Below are positions 24,302-31,716 of a stretch of DNA of 64,000 nt, one piece after another (within the stretch, counting starts at the first letter, position 1; each line of letters begins with the position of its first letter). The position numbers and the translations under genes are program-made. Below the pieces are notes generated by a model. It saw only the letters and a list, made by a program, of their open reading frames with translations, searched no databases and was not told where the DNA came from. The stretch comes from a virus: positions 1 to 64,000 of the IMG/VR virus record IMGVR_UViG_3300035686_000004. One strand, 5' to 3'.

Positions 24302-24814
24302 ATGACTACGCCGACAGAATATGAACATATGCCCGAATATATGAGTCGCGATGACAAGAATGGGGAATTTATCTATCTTGTTGAGGCGAAAGGTTTTCAC
24401 GGCATTCTTTCGTTCGTTTTGAAACGCAGAAAGATTGGCTTGAGTAACGACCCAGAACGCAGACTGAAAGAATTAAATAGCGAACAAGCCCCGTGCCCGA
24501 TAACAGGAATTCGGTACATCCAGGTTAAAGATTCCAAGAGAACAGAAGCCGAGTTACATAAACTATTTGCCTCTAAGCGAAGACATGGGGAATGGTTTGA
24601 TTTCTGGGTCTGGGAAATGCCGGTCGTAAATTGGCATTACGAACGCCGTGCAGCTGGGACAGTTTTAAACAAGCTACCTATCAAGGCGATCGCTTATTCA
24701 TGCCTGGTAACAGCCCTAGTAGTAGGTACTGTTGTAGCTGGTATTAGTTACCGAGCAGTCCAATATAAGACTGATTCCCCCGTAGACGCAGGAGGTGTTA
24801 GACACCTAGAATAG
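24302..24814 (+). CDS. T5orf172 (GIY-YIG-like) domain protein with C-terminal TM
   Basis: 170 aa. FIYLVEA...KIGLSNDPERRLKELN...EAELHKLFASKRRHGEWFDF is the T5orf172/MUG113 pattern. Hydrophobic tail CLVTALVVGTVVAGI. Confidence 0.7.
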   Translation: MTTPTEYEHMPEYMSRDDKNGEFIYLVEAKGFHGILSFVLKRRKIGLSNDPERRLKELNSEQAPCPITGIRYIQVKDSKRTEAELHKLFASKRRHGEWFDFWVWEMPVVNWHYERRAAGTVLNKLPIKAIAYSCLVTALVVGTVVAGISYRAVQYKTDSPVDAGGVRHLE

Positions 24815-24840
24815 GAAGATAGTTGCTAGGCTAGCTAATC

Positions 24841-25230
24841 GTGGGTCTTAAAATCAGAGACGGAAATAAATATAAATATGCCCTTTATCTCCGTCCGCAG
24901 GCAGCGAAGCTAATAGAGAGCTTGAAAGGGGATGCTAGAAGTGAATCTAGTGTAGTAGCTAGGCTTATTGCACAGTATCGCTTGATTCAAAAACAAAAAC
25001 CGGAGGTAATTTTGCAGGCAAAAAAGCATATTGAAAAGCATAAAATTGATTTTTCATCTGCTAAATCGGTCAAGAAATTGCAAGTGTATCTTGACCCAAA
25101 AGATTGTGAATGTTTGGAGAATTTCGCAGATTCTATTAATAGCAATATATCTGTTGCAATTAACAGAATGTTAACCGAGATTATGGCGATCGCATTGATA
25201 AATCCTGCTGCATTGAATATCAGGTATTGA
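24841..25230 (+). CDS. hypothetical protein
   Basis: 129-aa ORF (GTG start) in the same operon. The antisense ORF 24987..25289 is judged spurious. Confidence 0.5.
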   Translation: MGLKIRDGNKYKYALYLRPQAAKLIESLKGDARSESSVVARLIAQYRLIQKQKPEVILQAKKHIEKHKIDFSSAKSVKKLQVYLDPKDCECLENFADSINSNISVAINRMLTEIMAIALINPAALNIRY

Positions 25231-25248
25231 TTCATTTCAAGAAGCACA

Positions 25249-26676
25249 ATGATGATTAATTTAAGAGACTTCCAACTAGAGTGTGTCAATATTCTGGATC
25301 AATTAGATAGCGCTTGCCTTGTTTCGGGCACCGGAAGCGGTAAGACTATGATGGCAGCTGCACTGTCATGGCGGGAAGTGATGAGAGGAGGGTATGTTGC
25401 GTTTATCGTCCCCCGCGACAACCTCGCGAGGCAGACAGAAGTTACATTGAAAAAATGGGGGTTGACATGTGGGTATATTTTAGGTGGAGAACAGGAGAAC
25501 AGATCAGCACAAGTTCAGATTGTTTCCTACCAGTCGCTCGGATCAAAGACGCGATCGCTTGATTGGCTGGCTAATCGTGTTACTTTATACTGTGTTGATG
25601 AATGCCACATAACGGCATTCGCTAAAAGCCTAGAGGAGCCGTTAAGGCACGCTAAGCGCAAAATAGGAGTCACTGCGACTCCGTGGCAGTTAGGAGGAAA
25701 GCGATCGCTTTTAGACATTTTCCACGCTCCTGTATTTGCGCCGCCGTCTAACGAGTTGATCCAGCGCGGTTATCTTGCTGCTCCTGTTTATTTCCGTCCC
25801 AAGAGAAAGGGGAAATTAGATGCTTCTCCTGAGTTTATTTTTGAACAATGGGACACTATCAGCCCAGGAGAAAAGACCTTTATTTTCACGGGATCAATCG
25901 CAGCTAGTGATGCTGTCGCAGCTTACTTTTTAGATCAAGGCATTGCCGCAGCTAGTGTAACTTCTAAGTTGTCTGCAAAAACAGTTGATTCAATTTTTGA
26001 CGAATTTCGATCAGGAACTATTCGAGTTTTAGTTTCGTGCAATAAGTTAGCAGAGGGGTGCGACATTCCCGATGCAACTTGCGTGATACTTGCAAACCGG
26101 AGCGAGAGCAAGTCAGGAGTAATGCAGAGGATTGGGCGTGGGGCAAGAATCGCACCCGGTAAAACGCATTTTAAGGTGATTGATTGTGTTGGTGTGGTCA
26201 AAAAGTTTGGAAGGTTTGAAGAGACAATAATTACTAGAGAAGACTTTGATTTATCAGAGCCAAGTGGCGAGGGTGATTTTCCGGAAAAATCCTGTCCTGT
26301 ATGTTTTGCCTCTAATCATTTAATGCGGAAAACATGTGAAGTATGTGGCGAAGCATTCATTATTGAGGGGACTAAATACGAGTCCCCTGGTGAGTTGGAA
26401 CGCCTGGTTCATAATGACAGTGAAGCACGAGCGATCGCGGCATTCCACTCAATGTTGCTACGTGATTTTAAGCATGGTTTAGATGGGTGCATAGAGGAGT
26501 TTTTTGCTCAATATAGCTACTATCCACCAGATCATTGGGTTGCAGACGCAGCATTACCGGAAGCGCTTAGGTCGGGCGCGGTCAATGCAGCATGGAAAGA
26601 AAAAAAGAAACATGTTGCAGCAAAACTACCAAAAGGCAATATCCAGTTAACGCTACCAGGGTTTTTAGTTAGTTAA
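25249..26676 (+). CDS. SF2 DEAD/DEAH-box helicase with C-terminal zinc ribbon
   Basis: 475 aa. Motifs: GTGSGKT (I), VDECH (II), VTATPW (III), QRIGRGAR (VI) and CPVC...CEVC. Confidence 0.85.
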   Translation: MMINLRDFQLECVNILDQLDSACLVSGTGSGKTMMAAALSWREVMRGGYVAFIVPRDNLARQTEVTLKKWGLTCGYILGGEQENRSAQVQIVSYQSLGSKTRSLDWLANRVTLYCVDECHITAFAKSLEEPLRHAKRKIGVTATPWQLGGKRSLLDIFHAPVFAPPSNELIQRGYLAAPVYFRPKRKGKLDASPEFIFEQWDTISPGEKTFIFTGSIAASDAVAAYFLDQGIAAASVTSKLSAKTVDSIFDEFRSGTIRVLVSCNKLAEGCDIPDATCVILANRSESKSGVMQRIGRGARIAPGKTHFKVIDCVGVVKKFGRFEETIITREDFDLSEPSGEGDFPEKSCPVCFASNHLMRKTCEVCGEAFIIEGTKYESPGELERLVHNDSEARAIAAFHSMLLRDFKHGLDGCIEEFFAQYSYYPPDHWVADAALPEALRSGAVNAAWKEKKKHVAAKLPKGNIQLTLPGFLVS

Positions 26677-26679
26677 TTT

Positions 26680-26693
26680 GTCCAATATTAGAC
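26680..26693. repeat. PAL14 variant GTCCAATATTAGAC
   Basis: Between the helicase stop and the C5-methylase RBS. Confidence 0.8.
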
Positions 26694-26709
26694 AATAGTA
26701 GGAGTTAAA

Positions 26710-27684
26710 GTGGCACAGCTAACTGGGATTACATTGTTTTCGGGTATCGGTGGGGTATCGTGTGGAATGAGAATGGCGGGTATAGAAGTAGCCGCCTCTG
26801 TTGAGTTTGATATTGAAAATCAAGCATATTCGGCAACATGCCAGGAGATTTCAAATGCAAATTTTCCTGACGCGGATTTCTATTTGAATCCCGTAGGGGA
26901 GGTTGCAGACTTGCTACCAGGTTGCGACATCTTGCAGGCATCGCCTGTGTGTGCAAGTTTTAGTGCTTTGTCGGCGTTTCGCAATAACGGAGTGATTCAA
27001 GAGACTTTAGCCGATACGCAGATGGCAACAGATACCGTCAAGGCGATCATCCGCTGTGACGCGCCGTACTTTTGCTTGGAGCAAGTAGTTGGTTATCAAA
27101 AAACTAGGAGCCTGGACATAATAGTCAAAGCTCTTAATCAAGGTAACTATACTATTTCAACAGCAATTCTTGACGCGGCTGATTATGGAGTTGCCCAAAA
27201 CAGAAAGCGCTTATTTTTGTTAGCGTCAAAGCAAGGGAAGTGGGAATTTCCTCTACCAGCAAAGCGTCAAGTGGGGTGGAAAGAAGCGATCGCGGGAATT
27301 GAGTTAATTCCTTCCGCTACGTTAACCAAAGAGCAGCGCGCCGCACTAGTGCGATCACTTGATTCTAGCTATGATTTAAGTAAAGGTGTACTAATTCAGC
27401 GCACTGGAATCAATATCTGCGTAAGGCGGCACAACGAACCATGCTGGACGCTCACTCGAAGTAGTTTCACGGACGGGAAGAATGCGGCAAGGAAAGAAAT
27501 CATAAACGTAGTTAACGATAGAGGGATATGGTCACTCCCTATCCGAGCGATCGCGCGTTTATGCTCGTTTCCTGATAGCTACCAGTTACCGGGTCGGCAC
27601 GTTGGACAAGGCTTAGGGTATTGTGTTCCTCCCAAGTTAGTAAAGCAATTGCTTTTACCTATTTCTAGCAAGGTTAGTGTATAA
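26710..27684 (+). CDS. DNA (cytosine-5)-methyltransferase
   Basis: 324 aa with a GTG start after AGGAG. Motifs: LFSGIGG (I), SPVCASFS (IV, catalytic Cys), LEQV (VI), QNRKRLFL (VIII), GYCVPP (X). Confidence 0.85.
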   Translation: MAQLTGITLFSGIGGVSCGMRMAGIEVAASVEFDIENQAYSATCQEISNANFPDADFYLNPVGEVADLLPGCDILQASPVCASFSALSAFRNNGVIQETLADTQMATDTVKAIIRCDAPYFCLEQVVGYQKTRSLDIIVKALNQGNYTISTAILDAADYGVAQNRKRLFLLASKQGKWEFPLPAKRQVGWKEAIAGIELIPSATLTKEQRAALVRSLDSSYDLSKGVLIQRTGINICVRRHNEPCWTLTRSSFTDGKNAARKEIINVVNDRGIWSLPIRAIARLCSFPDSYQLPGRHVGQGLGYCVPPKLVKQLLLPISSKVSV

Positions 27685-27743
27685 TAATTGGGTTAGTATC
27701 TACCTATAAATTTAAAATTTTTCCCAACACAATGCGTCATGCA

Positions 27744-27778
27744 CCCCTGTATTTACTGCTATAAATACAGGGGCTTTT
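27744..27778 (+). terminator. intrinsic terminator CCCCTGTATTTA/TAAATACAGGGG + CTTTTGTT
   Basis: A 12-bp stem and T-run after the C5-methylase gene. It abuts the 3' end of the convergent PadR gene. Confidence 0.75.
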
Positions 27779-27779
27779 G

Positions 27780-28094
27780 TTATGGCTTGATATCTTCGGC
27801 AATGACTCTACCTGTAGATGTTATTTTGTAGTATTTCCTGCGAGCGATACCTGTTTCATTGAAATTATTATTCCATCGCCATGAAATTAAATCATTTTTT
27901 TCTAAGCGGTTTAATGCAGGATACAGATCCCTGAAGCCAAGTCGCAAAAACAGCTTTTCTTGATTCAATGCCTCTAATATTTCTGAGCTATACAACTCTT
28001 TGTTTAGCAATACCTTAAGAATCTTTGATTCAGTTATTGAAAGTCGAGTCAACTCTAATCTCTTTTTCATGGTAAACACAGTAAAGATATTCAA
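27780..28094 (-). CDS. PadR-family winged-helix transcriptional regulator
   Basis: 104 aa. ILKVLLNKELYSSEILEAL ... DLYPALNRLEKNDLISWRW ... RRKYYKITSTGR follows the PadR pattern. An alternative start is at 28070 (MKKRLE). Confidence 0.65.
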   Translation of the reverse strand: MNIFTVFTMKKRLELTRLSITESKILKVLLNKELYSSEILEALNQEKLFLRLGFRDLYPALNRLEKNDLISWRWNNNFNETGIARRKYYKITSTGRVIAEDIKP

Positions 28095-28176
28095 GAGGAG
28101 AAGCAGCTCGGGTTCGCAACTTACCTAAGATTGCATTTACCGTAACGCATTTGGTGCCTACAAATCAAGGCTTGAT

Positions 28177-28190
28177 GTCTAATATTAGAC
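28177..28190. repeat. PAL14 perfect
   Basis: Between the portal-like gene stop (28199) and the PadR start. Confidence 0.95.
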
Positions 28191-28198
28191 ATTGAATG

Positions 28199-29647
28199 TC
28201 AAAATTTAACTAAACTTTCTATCAATCTTTCTCTAATCTGCCTTGGGACATCGCCCCAATTGGGGCTATCCAGATCGGTTAGATTTTCTGGAAGGCAACA
28301 GCCAATCCAGTGATTAGGATTAGCATTAAGTTGATAATTCGATTTGTAATTGACGGCTGAAATATCATCAATTCCCTTTTTGTCAGCTTCAACTGATAGC
28401 CCGTTAGTGGATTGATATACAGACACATAAGCAGGGGGGAAAATGATTCTATACAACCATCTTTCTTTGGGAATGTCTGCGAGCGCTAATGCCAAATTGA
28501 ACAAATGCCTTAATCCAGAATCGTAACCGGGTTGTCCTAGTCCTGTAAAGTCATTACGGATTGAATTAATGAGGCGCGCAAAAGCCATTGCAGGTTGCTC
28601 TCCTATCTCCTTAGCCCCAGATATCTCGCGCCCTGAAAGGTAAGAAGGGACAGAGGACTGATCCAGGATACGATCGCTCCTTAGCTTGAAATATTGAATT
28701 AATCCATCAATGTTGGGTGTTGTACTGTAGGCGGGTTGGATGATGACATCCGCAGGGGGGTAATAGGCATTGACCACACCCCTAGCCTGTTGCTCCTCTA
28801 TAGCGCGTTTATAGGCTGCCACCTCTTCGTCAGTGTAAACATCTGGTAGTTGATGAATCAAGGGGTTGACGCCCACGGCGTTAGCCCCCTTGGCTAAATC
28901 CTCATCAGCTTGGCAAAGTCGATGCCAATCGTTCAATGCAGCGCTAAACATTGGAGTGCCATAGATATTCCCCCATTGCCGTGCATAGCGCCAATGAATG
29001 CAGGTAAGCGGATGGAAGGACACAGCGTTTCGAGTATCGCTCGTTGACCATCTTTGCTGAAAACCTAAAAGCCTGCCTTGCCTATCTTCAACTCTGAACA
29101 TTTCAAACGTCGGCAATTCAGTGATCGCCTCGATCTGCGATGTCCTGGGATTGATCGAGACAGACATAAAGCAGTCACCATAGGCAATCATTTCGCGTGT
29201 TACTGGCTTGAGGCGCGATCGCCCCACCAAAACTTCTTGCACATTCATCAAGATTTCATAGACCTCTGGATCTATTGGCGTTTCCTCATCATCCAATGTA
29301 TCGCTTACTGTAAACCCGTTTTCTCCCTCATGAGAACCCCATAAGGCGTCTTGAATGCGACCTAGGCATAGTCTCACTTCAGGTGATCGCTCTACCATTT
29401 CAACAACCGGAATGTTGCGCTCCGGATCTCGAATGACCCAACTATAAATCTCCTGATCGTAGTTGCGATCGCTATCTAGTTCTCTATCTAAGCTTACTGG
29501 ACTATAAATATGCGCGATCGGGCGTTTATATCCTTGGATAATTGATTTACGGAACTGATTAAGTGTTCTCCATAGTTGGTCAATAACTCGTGGTCTACCG
29601 GGTTGCGGCGCAATAGGCGATCTCATAGAATTAACGTGAAAGTCCAA
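28199..29647 (-). CDS. portal-like protein (tentative)
   Basis: 482 aa. IDGLIQYFKLRSDRILDQSSVPSYLSGREISGAKEIGEQPAMAFARLINSIRNDF resembles the ieDv.yf..KL..aL.iP..yL....k..la.qD.rFAR.I.riQ segment I recall from Gp20-type portals. The track start is a TTG inside the palindrome; ATG at 29626 is more likely. Confidence 0.5.
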   Translation of the reverse strand: MDFHVNSMRSPIAPQPGRPRVIDQLWRTLNQFRKSIIQGYKRPIAHIYSPVSLDRELDSDRNYDQEIYSWVIRDPERNIPVVEMVERSPEVRLCLGRIQDALWGSHEGENGFTVSDTLDDEETPIDPEVYEILMNVQEVLVGRSRLKPVTREMIAYGDCFMSVSINPRTSQIEAITELPTFEMFRVEDRQGRLLGFQQRWSTSDTRNAVSFHPLTCIHWRYARQWGNIYGTPMFSAALNDWHRLCQADEDLAKGANAVGVNPLIHQLPDVYTDEEVAAYKRAIEEQQARGVVNAYYPPADVIIQPAYSTTPNIDGLIQYFKLRSDRILDQSSVPSYLSGREISGAKEIGEQPAMAFARLINSIRNDFTGLGQPGYDSGLRHLFNLALALADIPKERWLYRIIFPPAYVSVYQSTNGLSVEADKKGIDDISAVNYKSNYQLNANPNHWIGCCLPENLTDLDSPNWGDVPRQIRERLIESLVKF

Positions 29648-29655
29648 TATTAGAC
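29642..29655. repeat. PAL14 variant GTCCAATATTAGAC
   Basis: Sole element in the roughly 36-bp gap between the divergent starts 29626 (-) and 29663 (+). Confidence 0.8.
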
Positions 29656-29662
29656 ATTATAA

Positions 29663-30112
29663 ATGTTAGTTTATCCGTCCACTCCTAAGCCTAATAGAAT
29701 CAGCCCTGTTATGACAGCATCATACAAGGGTTCACGCTCTGAATTTCGTGACGGGAATACTCAGAATGTAAGGACTCAATTTTTGCCCATAGGGCAAACA
29801 ATGACATTAGAATACCAGGCAATTCAACCCGATAACTTGAGGGCAATTTGGTATTTTTGGGATTTAGTCGGCGGCATGTATGGTGACGCTTTTCTGTTGC
29901 CAAATAGCATTTTCTATCATCCCGATGAAATAGTTAAACGAATTGCAAATACCAGTAATGCATATTGGCGATTCAATCAAGAATCTTTATCAATGGAGGT
30001 AGTTGTAAGCCAGCAGGACAGGGAGATTATTGTAGATGGAGAATTAATTATGGTACTGAAAGGGTGTGGTATTTATAATGTAAATGTTGAGTTAAAAGGA
30101 GCGATCGCTTAA
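29663..30112 (+). CDS. lambda gpM-like minor tail protein
   Basis: 149 aa. SEFRDGNTQNVRTQF..GQTMTLEYQAI....LRAIWYFWDLVGG parallels the gpM pattern FGDGYeQr...Gln...w.l.w......i..Fl...gG. Synteny with the L/K/J-like genes supports it. Confidence 0.5.
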   Translation: MLVYPSTPKPNRISPVMTASYKGSRSEFRDGNTQNVRTQFLPIGQTMTLEYQAIQPDNLRAIWYFWDLVGGMYGDAFLLPNSIFYHPDEIVKRIANTSNAYWRFNQESLSMEVVVSQQDREIIVDGELIMVLKGCGIYNVNVELKGAIA

Positions 30113-30333
30113 TGGAACTACCCATTGAAGAGTATTTCACTTATCATCCGCCGCAAACAGAAAGCCGTAAACTTAAGCATGAGCAGATCGGCAATAGTGC
30201 TCTTGCTTTTGCAAGAATTGTCAATGAAATTAAAGACGAGAATTGCAGGAAAATGGCGCTATTTGCTATACAGCAGGCGAGAATGTTTGCAAATCAAGGG
30301 ATAACAATTGATGAACTCAGGGAACACAGATGA
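30112..30333 (+). CDS. small conserved phage protein (YHPP ... ARMFANQGI family, function unknown)
   Basis: 73 aa. EEYFTYHPPQTESRKLKHEQIGNSALAFARIV...ALFAIQQARMFANQGI matches a widespread small phage family that I recall only by pattern. Translationally coupled on both sides. Confidence 0.55.
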   Translation: MELPIEEYFTYHPPQTESRKLKHEQIGNSALAFARIVNEIKDENCRKMALFAIQQARMFANQGITIDELREHR

Positions 30334-30857
30334 CAATTCAATCCTATGATTTAGCGTCAGTTCAGGTTGGGTTATTAGTAAGATTGCAATTACAGGATGG
30401 TCTAATTTTTCTGTATCAAAACTTTAGTATTGAACCCATTGAATGGGATGGGGACGGTAAGGTATACAATTACCTTGCCATGGGAGAGTTCACCCCTCCA
30501 CCCCGAAGTTTAGAGCCGAATTCTAGCAATGCAACGCTAGAGTTGCCCAACGATAAAACATATAGGCAATTTATAGAGGACAATGGCGGGCTGAGGCGAT
30601 CGCTTCTTAATGTAAGCCTTGTGTATTTGCCTTACTTGGCTAGTGACATTCCTCAAGTGTGGCGATTTCAGTTATCTGATGATCCAATTCAGTATGATGG
30701 AGCATCGATCAGAATCAATATGCAGTCGCCATTAAGCATCACAGGTAGGGGTTCTATCCCCTCTGTACATTGGCGAACTGGTACAGGTAACGGCAATCCT
30801 GATTTACCGGGTCTAGTACAGGTGCCTAGAAGTTCATCGACATTGCAACTATCATGA
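30330..30857 (+). CDS. lambda gpL-like minor tail protein
   Basis: 175 aa. Its position after the M-like gene, and the pattern GLLVRLQL....IFLYQN...IEWDG..Y..LAMGEF.PP, are gpL-like. Start and stop overlap the neighbouring genes. Confidence 0.45.
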   Translation: MTIQSYDLASVQVGLLVRLQLQDGLIFLYQNFSIEPIEWDGDGKVYNYLAMGEFTPPPRSLEPNSSNATLELPNDKTYRQFIEDNGGLRRSLLNVSLVYLPYLASDIPQVWRFQLSDDPIQYDGASIRINMQSPLSITGRGSIPSVHWRTGTGNGNPDLPGLVQVPRSSSTLQLS

Positions 30858-31309
30858 AAATTACAATTAAAAGCGGCAATTTACTTGATATAAAAAAGGG
30901 AGGTATTTGTCATCAGGTTAACTTGAAGGGGGTTATGGGATTAGGTTTGGCAAAACAAATAAAGACAAAGTATCCTGTAGTTTTCAGTAGCTATAAGTTA
31001 GCTCTTGAGCAAAATCAATTAAAATTAGGTGACGCACAAAAAATCAAAGTAAATGATGAATTATGGATTTTTAATTTAGTCAATCAGGATAATTATGGAA
31101 AAACAAAAGGAGTGTGCTATACAAATTACAAGGCAGCGGCAAATTCTTTTAAGGCTGTAAGTCTTTGGCAACAAGAGACGGGTTATCCTGTTTATTTACC
31201 TTATGGGATTGGAGCTGGTTTAGGTGGTGGTAAATGGGATATGATGCTTTATTTAATTGAAAAATACTTACCGAATGCTATTATCATTAAACTTCCTTCT
31301 TGTTATTGA
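30854..31309 (+). CDS. macrodomain protein (TARG1/OARD1/DarG-type, Macro_2-like)
   Basis: 151 aa. IKSGNLLDIKKGGICHQVNLKGVMGLGLAKQIKTKYP and LPYGIGAGLGGGKWDMM parallel TARG1 (GDLF....laHCiS.D..MGaGIA ; PrIGCGLD.l.W). Confidence 0.7.
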   Translation: MKITIKSGNLLDIKKGGICHQVNLKGVMGLGLAKQIKTKYPVVFSSYKLALEQNQLKLGDAQKIKVNDELWIFNLVNQDNYGKTKGVCYTNYKAAANSFKAVSLWQQETGYPVYLPYGIGAGLGGGKWDMMLYLIEKYLPNAIIIKLPSCY

Positions 31310-31321
31310 TGACATAAAATT

Positions 31322-31708
31322 ATGAATAATCAAACTAATAGTTTGCCGACTAGTGAATACTGTTGGCAAACCTGGGATTGTTTCACTTTAGCTTATTGGG
31401 TGAGGAATCAATACAGTTTTTCTGTGTTACCTAATTTAGATTGGCTGTATCAAAAATATGATGAGACAACATTACCTGATGACTTTGTAGTGCAAATGCT
31501 GGGGTTTTATGGAGCCAAGGTTAACACTACGAAAGATGGTGATTTAGCTGCATTGAAATTTGGGAAGGCGATCGCGCTGGGCACCATACTAAACAATGGT
31601 ATTGTGTTTATGTCTTATTCTAGAGGCGCTCAATGGCTGCCAATGGAGCAATTGCAAAGTAAGATTCACGGGATTTGGCGACTATATGCAGTGGGGACGG
31701 TTATCTAA
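31322..31708 (+). CDS. NlpC/P60-like tail protein (lambda gpK C-terminal-like, tentative)
   Basis: 128 aa. The candidate catalytic Cys context WDCFTLAYWV and its position after the L-like gene support the call. The stop lies inside the 28-bp dyad. Confidence 0.4.
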   Translation: MNNQTNSLPTSEYCWQTWDCFTLAYWVRNQYSFSVLPNLDWLYQKYDETTLPDDFVVQMLGFYGAKVNTTKDGDLAALKFGKAIALGTILNNGIVFMSYSRGAQWLPMEQLQSKIHGIWRLYAVGTVI

Positions 31709-31716
31709 TATTAGAT
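31703..31716. repeat. PAL14 symmetric variant ATCTAATATTAGAT within a 28-bp perfect dyad
   Basis: The dyad GACGGTTATCTAATATTAGATAACCGTC at 31696..31723 holds the stop codons of both convergent genes. Confidence 0.85.
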
